NCBI GenBank assembly: GCA_028715115.1
Contig: JAQUSN010000001.1
Coordinates: forward strand, 385,746 to 449,745
Direction of reading: 5' to 3'
Length of the DNA: 64,000 nucleotides
Origin: Patescibacteria group bacterium
GTDB lineage: Bacteria; Patescibacteriota; Patescibacteriia; UBA2591; UBA4787
Shown one piece after another: positions 1 to 8,980 of this stretch (position 1 is its first letter; each line of letters opens with the position of its first letter). A model generated the notes under the pieces. The model was not told where the DNA came from. It worked only from the letters and a program-made list of their open reading frames with translations, and searched no databases. A program made the translations under genes and the position numbers.

Positions 1-723
1 AGCGATCCAGTCAATGATGTTGCTTTTTTGAAGATTAACAAAAAAGGATTAACCGAAGTCTCGCTGGGCGACTCTGATAAATTACAAATCGGCGAAAGCG
101 TCATCGCTATTGGTAACGCCTTGGGTGAATATCGCAACACCGTGACTCGCGGCATTGTTTCTGGCGTGGGTCGAAACGTAGTGGCCGGCAATGGTCTCGG
201 GCAAGCTGAATCGTTGGAAAATATTATTCAAACCGACGCGGCTATTAATCCGGGAAATTCCGGCGGACCATTAATTAATTTGAATGGGCAGGTTATTGGT
301 GTTAACGTAGCCACGAGTCAAGCTGGCCAGTTAATCGGTTTTGCTATTCCGATTAATCAGGTTAAGTCGGCTATTAGTAGCGTAAGGTTATCGGGAACAA
401 TAGTGCGGCCATATTTAGGCATAAGATATATTTTAATCAATGACGAAATTGCTAAAGAAAATAATTTAAGCGTAAATTATGGCGCCCTACTTACACGAGG
501 TCAAAGCGTTACAGAGTTAGCCGTGGTTCCTGGCGGACCGGCCGACAAAGCAGGACTAGTGGAAAACGACATTATTTTAGAAGTGAATGGACAGAAAGTT
601 GATCAAAATCATTCATTAGCGCAATTAGTCCAACAGCATAAAGTCGGCGACGTTTTGACGCTAAAGATTTTGCATGATGGCGCGCAAAGAACAATCAGAG
701 TAACATTAGAACAATTTAAATAA
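1..723 (+). CDS. htrA: HtrA/DegP-family trypsin-like serine protease with PDZ domain (5' end outside the window)
   Basis: IQTDAAINPGNSGGPL catalytic Ser motif and C-terminal PDZ. The frame is open from base 1 (SDPVNDVAFLK). Confidence 0.93.
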   Translation, partial: SDPVNDVAFLKINKKGLTEVSLGDSDKLQIGESVIAIGNALGEYRNTVTRGIVSGVGRNVVAGNGLGQAESLENIIQTDAAINPGNSGGPLINLNGQVIGVNVATSQAGQLIGFAIPINQVKSAISSVRLSGTIVRPYLGIRYILINDEIAKENNLSVNYGALLTRGQSVTELAVVPGGPADKAGLVENDIILEVNGQKVDQNHSLAQLVQQHKVGDVLTLKILHDGAQRTIRVTLEQFK

Positions 724-743
724 AATAGTCACCTCTATTAATA

Positions 744-776
744 AAAGAGGGGCCGCTTAGGCGGCCCCCTTTCTTT
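744..776 (+). terminator. Intrinsic terminator after htrA
   Basis: GGGGCCGC-TTAG-GCGGCCCC hairpin followed by a T-rich tail. Confidence 0.8.
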
Positions 777-803
777 TTCACTTATTTTTGTTATTATTTG
801 ATT

Positions 804-1568
804 ATGGAAAATGTTTATCAATTTTTAAACGGCGAATACGATAAAAATAGCGTAGTGATTTCTTTTCACGCCGGCGTTGGCGGCACCGATGCGCAAGATT
901 GGACAGAGATGCTGCGGCGCATGTATTGGCGTTACGCCGAAAAGAAAAAATGGAAAGTTTATTTACTCGATGAATCGTGGGGAAGCGAAGCTGGCCTTAA
1001 AAGTTCGACACTTGAAATCGTCGGTTCTTATGCTTACGGACATTTAAAAAAAGAAGCCGGAGTGCATCGCTTAGTGCGCATTTCTCCTTTTGATGCGGAA
1101 AAAATGCGCCATACTTCTTTTGCTTTAGTTGATGTTTTGCCGGAAATTCCCAACCTCAAAATCGATATAAAAGATAAAGATCTAAAAATAGAATTTTATC
1201 GTGCTTCGGGTCATGGCGGTCAGAACGTGCAAAAAGTCGAATCGGCTGTGCGCCTTACCCACTTACCGACGAAAATTACAGTTAATTGTCAGGTGGAACG
1301 TTCACAGGCGCAGAATAAAGAACGAGCCATGAAAATTTTAGCTTCAAAATTATATCAATTTCATCAAGCCAAGCGCGAAGAAGAAAAAGAATTGCTTCGC
1401 GGCCGCGTCTTGCCGGCCTCTTGGGGCCATCAAGCGCGGTCTTATGTTTTGCATCCGTATAAAATGATTAAAGATCATCGCAGTAATTGGGAAACGAGTG
1501 ACGTTGACCGGATTTTAGACGGAAATTTAGACGATTTTGTTTTAGCCGAATTAAAACCAAAACAATGA
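804..1568 (+). CDS. prfB: Peptide chain release factor 2, lacking the N-terminal domain
   Basis: GGTDAQDW, GVHRLVRISPFD (SPF tripeptide), GHGGQNV (GGQ) and RSYVLHPY motifs. ATG at 804. Confidence 0.88.
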   Translation: MENVYQFLNGEYDKNSVVISFHAGVGGTDAQDWTEMLRRMYWRYAEKKKWKVYLLDESWGSEAGLKSSTLEIVGSYAYGHLKKEAGVHRLVRISPFDAEKMRHTSFALVDVLPEIPNLKIDIKDKDLKIEFYRASGHGGQNVQKVESAVRLTHLPTKITVNCQVERSQAQNKERAMKILASKLYQFHQAKREEEKELLRGRVLPASWGHQARSYVLHPYKMIKDHRSNWETSDVDRILDGNLDDFVLAELKPKQ

Positions 1569-2140
1569 AGGATGTTAAGCCTCGCGTTACCATGTTCAAA
1601 AATTTTACCCTAACCAAAAAGTTGGTACTTTTTCTTTTTATTTGTTTGCTATTAGATTTTTTTCTAGTGCCGCAAATAAATATCATTTGCCGAGATAGGC
1701 AGGGCTTTGGTTTTAGCTATCAAACCGGCGAATCGCAGCAACGACTTAGTTTAATTAAATACGGTAGCGCGAGAATTATTTATAATTTTAGGCATTTTTT
1801 CGTTTTCTGGTCGAAAGCGCCATTTGGCAAAACATATCACAACTTAAATGAATTTTTGCATTTAGATAACAGCGCATTGTCATTTAATATTCTTCATTTT
1901 TTTGCCTTTCTTATTTTCGCTCTTGTTTTATTTTATTTTTTCCAGCTTAAAATATGGCAAGTTTTTCTTATCGGTTTGGGTTTTAATGTTTTTCACGAAT
2001 TTATTGCCGAAGGAATTTGTATAGATCCATCCTTTAATGATTTGTGGGTTAATATGATCGGATTACTGGTTGGCATAATGGCTTGGGAAATTTTCAATTT
2101 AATTCGGCAACATATTAGGTTTAAAAAATCGGCGGTTTAA
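1565..2140 (+). CDS. Hypothetical membrane protein (possibly VanZ-like C-terminus)
   Basis: Several hydrophobic segments, H-F-F-A-F and E..DL..N..G pattern. Overlaps the prfB stop. Confidence 0.55.
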   Translation: MKDVKPRVTMFKNFTLTKKLVLFLFICLLLDFFLVPQINIICRDRQGFGFSYQTGESQQRLSLIKYGSARIIYNFRHFFVFWSKAPFGKTYHNLNEFLHLDNSALSFNILHFFAFLIFALVLFYFFQLKIWQVFLIGLGFNVFHEFIAEGICIDPSFNDLWVNMIGLLVGIMAWEIFNLIRQHIRFKKSAV

Positions 2141-2141
2141 T

Positions 2142-3638
2142 TTGCGCTTTATGGCCAAATTTTCCAAGGCCAAAGTTTTCACTTATCTTTTAATTGCTTT
2201 TATAGTCGGCGTCGGTTTGTCGTCCCTATTTCACCTATCGGTCTATTGGTTATGTTGGCCGACTCTAATCACGCTTTGGTTGATTATTTTCATTAAGTCG
2301 CGTTTAGTTAAAATTATCAGTTTGATAATTTTATTTTTTATTTTCGGGATTTGGCGCGCTCAATTGGCCTGGCCGAAAGTAAACGACCAGAACGTAGTTT
2401 TTTATAATGATCAAGAAGTTGTTTTAAAAGGCCTAATCAGCCAGGAGCCAATTCAACAAAGCAAACAAACCGTCATTATTGTTAGTGTAAAACAGGTCAA
2501 CGATCGGCCGGTTTTCGGGAAAATTTTAGTTAAGGTTCCCTTATTTGCGCCTTATCAATATGGCCAGGAATTACAAATCGATTGTAGGTTAATCACGCCG
2601 GAAAATTTTGGCCAATTTAATTATCAAAATTATTTAGCTAAAGATAATATTTGGTCGCTTTGCCAGAATCCGAAAGAAATAAAAATTTTAAGCCAAAATA
2701 GAGGTAATTGGCTATTAGTTAGAATTTACAATTTTAAACACGCGGCGCAAAAAATGATTAACGAGAATATGACTGAACCGCAGGGCGGGCTCTTTTCTTC
2801 ACTCTTGCTCGGCGCTGGCGGTTATCTGCCGCAAGATTTTCGTGACGCCTTAAGTAAAACCGGTACTTCACACATCGTGGCCGTTTCGGGCTTGCATATC
2901 GTGATCATGATCAGTTTAGTCGAGATAATTATTTTTTCGGTTTTTGGCATAAAAAGAAAACATGCCTTTTATTTAACCGCGTTTTTTATTATTATTTACG
3001 TTATTCTCACCGGCTTGGCCGCCTCAGCTGTTCGCGCCGGCATTATGGGTATACTGTTATTATTTGCCAAAAAAATTGGCCGTGACTATCAGGCCGGTAA
3101 CGCGATTTTTTTAGTCGCGGCCTTAATGTTAATTTTTAATCCTTTCCTGTTGCTCTGGGACGTGGGTTGGCAATTGTCGTTTTTATCAATTTTAGGTTTG
3201 ATTTATTTATCACCGCGCTTCCAGGTTTTATTGATTAAAATTCCTGATTTTAAAATTTGGCCGATTCGCTCGTATCTAGTGGCGACGTTTAGCGCTTATT
3301 TATTCACCCTACCTTTAATACTTTATTATTTTGGCAATTTATCTTTAAGCGCGCCCTTAGCAAATTCTTTGGTTTTGGGATTTTTCCCGTGGGTTATGAT
3401 GAGCGGTTTTATTTTCATTTTAACCGGTCTAGCTTGGCCGTTTTTGATAAAAATTTTAGTTTGGCCGATTTGGCTTATTCTGACTTATGTGATAAAGATT
3501 ATAGACTTTTTTGCGCAAGTGACATGGTTATCTTGGCATTTGGGAGGATTCTCTTTGGTTTGGATTATTTTTTATTTTATCGTTTTAATTATTATTTTAA
3601 AATCTTTCCTTAAAAAACAAAATGCCCCTACCGGTTGA
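2142..3638 (+). CDS. comEC: ComEC/Rec2 competence protein, N-terminal plus membrane channel domains
   Basis: GTSHIVAVSGLH, SAVRAGIM and DVGWQLSF motifs, many TM helices. Confidence 0.92.
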   Translation: MRFMAKFSKAKVFTYLLIAFIVGVGLSSLFHLSVYWLCWPTLITLWLIIFIKSRLVKIISLIILFFIFGIWRAQLAWPKVNDQNVVFYNDQEVVLKGLISQEPIQQSKQTVIIVSVKQVNDRPVFGKILVKVPLFAPYQYGQELQIDCRLITPENFGQFNYQNYLAKDNIWSLCQNPKEIKILSQNRGNWLLVRIYNFKHAAQKMINENMTEPQGGLFSSLLLGAGGYLPQDFRDALSKTGTSHIVAVSGLHIVIMISLVEIIIFSVFGIKRKHAFYLTAFFIIIYVILTGLAASAVRAGIMGILLLFAKKIGRDYQAGNAIFLVAALMLIFNPFLLLWDVGWQLSFLSILGLIYLSPRFQVLLIKIPDFKIWPIRSYLVATFSAYLFTLPLILYYFGNLSLSAPLANSLVLGFFPWVMMSGFIFILTGLAWPFLIKILVWPIWLILTYVIKIIDFFAQVTWLSWHLGGFSLVWIIFYFIVLIIILKSFLKKQNAPTG

Positions 3639-4526
3639 ACAAAAAATTAATAAAAAATTATTAGGCGCGATTCTGATTTTAGCCGGAGTTTTATTTGTCG
3701 ACATTTTATTAATAATTATTTTTTTTTACCCGACCATCAAGCCTTGCCTCAAACGGGCGATGATAAAATTATTTTTCTTGATGTCGGGCAGGGCGATTCA
3801 ATTTTAATTGAATCTGCTCAAGGCCATAATATTTTGATTGACGGTGGGCCAAGTAAAGAAATTAGTTATAAATTAGATCAATATTTGCCGCTGACTAATA
3901 GAAAAATTGATATCATGATTTTAACCCACCCCGATCCTGACCATTTAAATGGGTTAGTAGAGGTTATAAAAAGATATCAAGTTAATCAGATTTATAGTAA
4001 CGGCGTTTATGATCCGGATTTAAATTATCTAGAGTGGCAAGGGGTAATTATAGAAAAAAACATTCCGTTTAGTTATATTACGCATCCCATGCAGTTGGCG
4101 ATAGACAGTCGGGTTTTTGTTGATTTTTTATGGCCGCGGCAAAACTATATTAATCAATCTCTTAAAGATGATAACATTGCTTCCGTTGTAACCAAATTTG
4201 ACATTAACGGTCATAAATTTTTATTAACCGGCGATTTGCCCAGCGAAGAAGAGGGTGAATTACTGGCGACCAAAACTGACCCAATAGCTGAAGTTTTAAA
4301 AATTGCGCATCACGGTTCGAAATATTCGACTAGCAATAATTTTTTAGCATTAGTTAAGCCCAGTTATGCAGTAATTTCTGTCGGCAAAAATAGTTTCGGC
4401 CATCCCAGTTTTCGCGTTTTGAATTCTCTGCAAAAAATCAACACTTCTCCCTTGCGCACTGACGAGAAGGGTGATATAATCTTTTTCATTAATCAAAGTG
4501 GTCTGCGAGTACAGACCGCTAAATAA
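3622..4526 (+). CDS. ComEC-type metallo-beta-lactamase nuclease with N-terminal TM anchor, frameshifted at a T9 run (3719-3727)
   Basis: FLDVGQGD, THPDPDHLNG, LTGD, KIAHHGS and FGHP motifs. One extra T joins ORF 3622 (TM) to ORF 3744. Confidence 0.8.
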
Positions 4527-4542
4527 TTTAATAAAATTTTTT

Positions 4543-5616
4543 ATGAAAGGAATAGAGTTTCCCTTATTTAAAACTAAGGTAGTCGGCGTAAGTGAAAAAT
4601 TTATGCTCGAAGATCCGGCTGAACGACGTAAATATTTTCAAGCTAAGGCCGGTGCGGAAATTAATAAGATTAAAGAGTATTTGGCAAACAATACTTTTGT
4701 GGCCTTTTTGTTGGGTAAAAAAAATTCTGGTAAAGGTACTTATTCAAAATTATTCATTGAAGCCGTTGGTTCTGATCGGGTGGCTCATTTATCGGTCGGA
4801 GATATTGTTCGCAGCGCCGACCAAGCCCTTCGTGATGAAAAAAGCAAACAAGAGTTGACGGAATACTTAAAGAAAAATTATCGCGGTTTTATTACCGTTG
4901 AAGAAGTGGTAGAGAGAATCTTGGGCCGTTCGACGTCTGGGCTTTTGCCAACCGAAGCGATTTTGGCACTTATTGAGCGCGAGATTGATCATTTAGGGCG
5001 CAAGGCAGTCTTTATTGATGGCTTTCCTCGTAATCTTGATCAGATTTCTTATTCAATATTTTTTAGAACATTAATGGGCTATCGAGATGATCCTGACTTT
5101 TTCGTTTTCATCGATTTGCCCGAATCGGTCATCGACGAGAGATTAAAATATCGCGTCATTTGCCCGAAGTGCAAAACGCCGCGCAACATTAAATTATTAC
5201 GTACTAAAAATATCGGTTATGATGTTGGGAATAATAGTTTTTATTTAATGTGTGATAATCCTAATTGCGGTGGTGTGCGCATGGTTCCGAAAGAAGGAGA
5301 CGAGCTTGGTATCGAAGCTATTCGTGACCGCATGGAAATCGACGATAAGGTTATGAGAATGTTGACCGACTTACAGGGCGTACCGAAGGTTTATCTTCGC
5401 AATTCCATTCCGGTCGATGAAGCAAAAAACTACGTCGACGATTATGAAATCACTCCAGCTTATCGTTTCGAGTGCGATAAGGCCAGTGGCGGCGTAAAAG
5501 TAATAGAAGAGCCATGGACAACCAAAGACGATAATGGAAAATTGTCTTATAGCTTATTGCCTGCGCCGGTAGCCGTGGCTATGATTAAACAAATAGTTCA
5601 AGTCCTGGGATTATAA
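4543..5616 (+). CDS. Adenylate-kinase-like nucleoside monophosphate kinase with Cys (Zn) lid
   Basis: P-loop GKKNSGKGT, HLSVGDIVR, FIDGFPRN and CPKC...CDNPNC. Likely ATG at 4543. Confidence 0.78.
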   Translation: MKGIEFPLFKTKVVGVSEKFMLEDPAERRKYFQAKAGAEINKIKEYLANNTFVAFLLGKKNSGKGTYSKLFIEAVGSDRVAHLSVGDIVRSADQALRDEKSKQELTEYLKKNYRGFITVEEVVERILGRSTSGLLPTEAILALIEREIDHLGRKAVFIDGFPRNLDQISYSIFFRTLMGYRDDPDFFVFIDLPESVIDERLKYRVICPKCKTPRNIKLLRTKNIGYDVGNNSFYLMCDNPNCGGVRMVPKEGDELGIEAIRDRMEIDDKVMRMLTDLQGVPKVYLRNSIPVDEAKNYVDDYEITPAYRFECDKASGGVKVIEEPWTTKDDNGKLSYSLLPAPVAVAMIKQIVQVLGL

Positions 5617-5638
5617 ATATTATTAGTTAACTTAATAA

Positions 5639-5671
5639 ACTAAAATCCACTCGATATGAGTGGATTTTAGT
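5639..5671. terminator. Hairpin/terminator
   Basis: ACTAAAATCCACTC-GATAT-GAGTGGATTTTAGT perfect 14-bp inverted repeat. Confidence 0.7.
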
Positions 5672-5703
5672 ATTGACCCACACAAAATTTTTGGTGTGGG
5701 GAG

Positions 5704-5731
5704 TTGACAAAACAACAATCTTTGTTATAAT
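5704..5731 (+). promoter_or_regulatory. Sigma70-type promoter
   Basis: TTGACA-N16-TATAAT with TGn extended -10. Confidence 0.75.
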
Positions 5732-5821
5732 TATTTTGGTCAGTAGACGCTGGCCACAATAGGAGGTTAGCTGAACTGACGAATTCAGAACAAACCCAGA
5801 TTTACATCATCGGAGGTGCAA

Positions 5822-6343
5822 ATGATTGTGTCGGCGGTAAACGTTTTCCGTCCCGGTGGTCCGCCCTGGACCGCGGCAGAAGCCAGGCGGCTGGCAAGAG
5901 CCTTAAATCGCGCAAGATACGTGCTTCGTGATACCGGAGCAGTGGTGATCGAAACCACCCAGAGTGGATGCGTGGTCAGTGGGGTTCTTAAGAGTCTGGA
6001 GTTACCCGGACGAGCCGAGATGATAGATCTAGCCGGCGAGGAGTACAAGGACCTTTTTGGCCCGAAGTATACCTCGACGCACATTCGGCGCGACCATGGC
6101 GATTGGTCTCTGGAAGAGCTGTCTGAACTTCGGAGACTGTTTGAGTGCCGCGCGGAGATCCACCCCACAGACCCGACGATAGCAGTCCTAAATAGGCTCG
6201 TTTGGCCGATGGCGGCCTGCAGAGCCTTAATCAAGGTGGGACTCGGCGTTGCAGATCCTATCACCGAAGCCGTAAGGCGGCTTTTTCTCCCCGAGCTTCA
6301 CACTCAGCTCTTTCCGCCCTTTCCGCTCCAACCCGAAGCCTGA
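5822..6343 (+). CDS. Hypothetical protein, GC-rich relative to host
   Basis: GGAGGT before ATG 5822, upstream promoter and a downstream hairpin near 6359-6384. No recognisable motif. Confidence 0.5.
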   Translation: MIVSAVNVFRPGGPPWTAAEARRLARALNRARYVLRDTGAVVIETTQSGCVVSGVLKSLELPGRAEMIDLAGEEYKDLFGPKYTSTHIRRDHGDWSLEELSELRRLFECRAEIHPTDPTIAVLNRLVWPMAACRALIKVGLGVADPITEAVRRLFLPELHTQLFPPFPLQPEA

Positions 6344-6420
6344 TTCAGTTCGGCACACAGCCGGTCCACCTCCGTGGATCGGCTCTGCCTTTCAAAAAGA
6401 TGTTTGAATAACTTAATAAC

Positions 6421-6445
6421 AAAAGTAGGCGAGAGGCCTACTTTT
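6421..6445. terminator. Bidirectional intrinsic terminator
   Basis: AAAAGTAGGC-GAGAG-GCCTACTTTT. Confidence 0.75.
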
Positions 6446-6470
6446 AAATATAAATCAAAGTAATTTTATA

Positions 6471-6691
6471 TCGGGGTGCGGATCCGCCTTCGCCAGTTGG
6501 CGAATGGCGGACGACCATACCCCCGCCTGCCATCGCCTTAATCGGGGTACTGGGAATTGAACCCAGGCTACACCCACCCCAAGGGTGCGGACTACCGTTA
6601 TCCGATACCCCGGCTCAGGCAATGGCGGGCAGGTATCTCAGGGGTACGCCTGCCTGCCGGTAGGCAGGTACTACCGTTATACTACACCCCG
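6471..6691 (-). pseudogene. Degenerate tRNA-Pro-like shell enclosing the intact tRNA-Pro
   Basis: Minus strand CGGGGTG TA GTAT AACGGTA GTAC ... TACCC ... GGGTA ... CACCCCG A, interrupted by palindromes and the inner tRNA. Confidence 0.72.
6542..6612 (-). tRNA. tRNA-Pro(GGG), CCA not encoded
   Basis: Cloverleaf with CGGGGTA/TACCCCG acceptor, CACCC-TTGGGGT-GGGTG anticodon arm and CTGGG-TTCAATT-CCCAG T arm. Confidence 0.9.
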
Positions 6692-6699
6692 ACAACGAT

Positions 6700-6879
6700 T
6701 TACTTTTTGTTTTTTTTCTTCAGGGTTTTAAGGCAGGAATTGCAGGCGGTAATCTTTTTGCCGTTGATTGTAGCGGTTTGTAAATTTAAAAGCTGTCGTC
6801 TTTTTGAAGCGATCATTGAATGTGAACGAGAAAAACTGGCTTTCGGCCCGCGGCCGCAGATAGGACATGTTTTAGACAT
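6700..6879 (-). CDS. rpmB: 50S ribosomal protein L28 (59 aa, absent from the ORF track)
   Basis: Manual translation MSKTCPICGRGPKASFSRSHSMIASKRRQLLNLQ...CNSCLKTLKK. Confidence 0.92.
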   Translation of the reverse strand: MSKTCPICGRGPKASFSRSHSMIASKRRQLLNLQTATINGKKITACNSCLKTLKKKNKK

Positions 6880-6982
6880 AAAATGATAGAATTATTAATT
6901 AGACATTAATTAAGATTGATTTAAATTATAATAGGTTTATAATAATTTGACAAGAGCTATTATTGCATTTTAAAATGAATAT

Positions 6983-7600
6983 ATGACCACAACAGGAATT
7001 TTTATTTCATTTTTTGTTATTGTTGTTCCTTCGGCAATTTTACACGAATTTTCACATGCGTGGATGGCTTATTATTTAGGAGATGACACGGCCAAGCGCG
7101 CTGGACGATTAACGCTTAATCCTTTGCCGCATATTGATTTATTCGGGACGATTCTTCTGCCGATTGTTTTTTTATTAAGCGGCATTCCGTTTATTTTTGC
7201 TTATGCCAAGCCGGTTCCTTATAATCCCTATAATCTTCGCAATCAGCGGATCGGTCCGGCTTTAGTAGGCCTAGCCGGCCCTTTGTCTAATTTGTTGGTG
7301 GCAGTTATTTTTGGTATTTTACTTAGATTTTTACCGGTCGGCAGTTTCGTCGCTCTTTATTACATAATTTATATTAATATTTTATTGGCCGTTTTCAATT
7401 TAGTGCCGATTCCGCCACTTGACGGTTCAAAGGTTTTATATGCTTTAATGCCGGATAGTTGGATGAAGGTAAAAATATTTTTGGAACGATACGGAATTAT
7501 TTTAGTTTTAATTTTTATCTTTTTTGCTTTTCAAATTATTCAGCCGATTATTTCCTTTCTATACCACTTGATTGTTGGAAGTTTTCCCCAGGGCCTTTAA
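6983..7600 (+). CDS. Site-2 protease family (M50) membrane metalloprotease
   Basis: LHEFSH and NLVPIPPLDG motifs. Confidence 0.92.
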   Translation: MTTTGIFISFFVIVVPSAILHEFSHAWMAYYLGDDTAKRAGRLTLNPLPHIDLFGTILLPIVFLLSGIPFIFAYAKPVPYNPYNLRNQRIGPALVGLAGPLSNLLVAVIFGILLRFLPVGSFVALYYIIYINILLAVFNLVPIPPLDGSKVLYALMPDSWMKVKIFLERYGIILVLIFIFFAFQIIQPIISFLYHLIVGSFPQGL

Positions 7601-7618
7601 GAAATTAAGACAAAGCCC

Positions 7619-7646
7619 TTGACTTTAAAATTGGTTTAGTTATAAT
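7619..7646 (+). promoter_or_regulatory. Sigma70-type promoter of the str operon
   Basis: TTGACT-N16-TATAAT. Confidence 0.7.
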
Positions 7647-7878
7647 AATTATCGCCTAATATTTAGTTAATAATGCTAATCTTAAAAATTATTATGCTAA
7701 CCCGCCTGCCAAAGCCACCCTTTGGAAAAATGGGTGGTTTATTAAATAAATTTGAAAATATTAGAACTTAAAATTTATTGCAGATTGGCAATTGGCGGGG
7801 CAGGTCTACAGATTGCTAATAAGCTAGATTCGTGATTCGCATTATTAGCATAAGCAAGTGGATTAGCATTTTATATTT

Positions 7879-8025
7879 TATGCCAGGCAGTAGAAGTTTG
7901 ATAGTACCTTGGTTTCGCACTACTCGGACTAATCTATTTTAAAATCATTTAAATTATTTATTTCTTAATTTGCGCCCTTAAAATCGCACTAATTAAGAAG
8001 CATTAAGCTTTCGCTATTCGGTATG
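7879..8025 (+). other. Structured leader whose terminal stem covers the rpsL AUG
   Basis: ATGCCAGGCAGTAGAAGTTTGAT pairs with ATTAAGCTTTCGCTATTCGGTAT(G), about 20 of 23 positions counting G-U. Confidence 0.5.
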
Positions 8026-8442
8026 CCGACAATTCATCAACTTATTAAAAAGCAACGCAGAAGTTTACGTTCAAAGTCTAAGGCCCCGGCTTTTCAGACG
8101 ACTTTTAACGTTTTACGACGTAAGAGATTCCAGTTGGCCAGCGGTCGTCCTTTTTTGCGCGGTGTTTGTCTTAAGGTTACGACCATGACACCGAAAAAAC
8201 CGAATTCGGCTCTGCGAAAAATCGCCCGTGTCAGATTGTCAAATGGCATGGAAGTTACTGCTTATATTCCCGGTATCGGTCATAATTTACAAGAACACTC
8301 TATTGTCATGTTGCGCGGTGGCAGAGTAAAAGACTTGCCCGGCGTGCGCTATCATGTGGTTCGTGGAGTTTACGATACAAGTGGCGTCGAAGGTAGAAAG
8401 CAGGCGAGAAGTTTGTATGGCGCCAAGCGAGGCAAAAAATAA
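8023..8442 (+). CDS. rpsL: 30S ribosomal protein S12
   Basis: [18 protein letters not shown] and [12 protein letters not shown] motifs. Confidence 0.99.
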   Translation: MPTIHQLIKKQRRSLRSKSKAPAFQTTFNVLRRKRFQLASGRPFLRGVCLKVTTMTPKKPNSALRKIARVRLSNGMEVTAYIPGIGHNLQEHSIVMLRGGRVKDLPGVRYHVVRGVYDTSGVEGRKQARSLYGAKRGKK

Positions 8443-8472
8443 AACAATTTTAAAATAATTAATAATTTTTGC

Positions 8473-8952
8473 ATGCGAGGTCATCCACACATTGCCAGAA
8501 AAAAAATTCATCCCGATTCAAAATATAATAACGACAAGATCGCCAAATTTATAAATTATTTAATGGAGCGCGGCAAAAAAGTAGCAGCGCAAAAAATAGT
8601 TTATGGCGCCTTGGATATTATTAAAGAGAAGACCAAGCAAGATCCAGTTAAAATTTTTGAAAAAGCTATCACTAATATTTCGCCGATCGTCGAGGTTAAG
8701 CCCCGCCGAATCGGAGGTGCTAATTATCAGGTGCCATTTCCAGTACCCGAAAATCGCCAATTTACCTTGGCTTCCCGCTGGTTGATTAATGCGGCCGGCA
8801 ATAAAAAGGGCAGGCCAATGGCTCAGAAATTAGCCGAAGAGCTTTTGGCCGCTTTAGATAATCAAGGCGACGCTATTAAAAAGAAAGAAGATATGCATCG
8901 CATGGCTGAATCTAATCGCGCTTTTGCTCACTTTGCCCGTTTTACGCGCTAA
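8473..8952 (+). CDS. rpsG: 30S ribosomal protein S7
   Basis: RRIGGANYQVP and HRMAESNRAFAH motifs. Confidence 0.99.
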   Translation: MRGHPHIARKKIHPDSKYNNDKIAKFINYLMERGKKVAAQKIVYGALDIIKEKTKQDPVKIFEKAITNISPIVEVKPRRIGGANYQVPFPVPENRQFTLASRWLINAAGNKKGRPMAQKLAEELLAALDNQGDAIKKKEDMHRMAESNRAFAHFARFTR

Positions 8953-8980
8953 TCTTAATCTCTAAATTTATTATCCTAAA

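Noticed and set aside
6557-6886. 109-aa plus-strand ORF
   Set aside because: It is antisense to rpmB and tRNA-Pro; LPAGRQ is just the translated palindrome.
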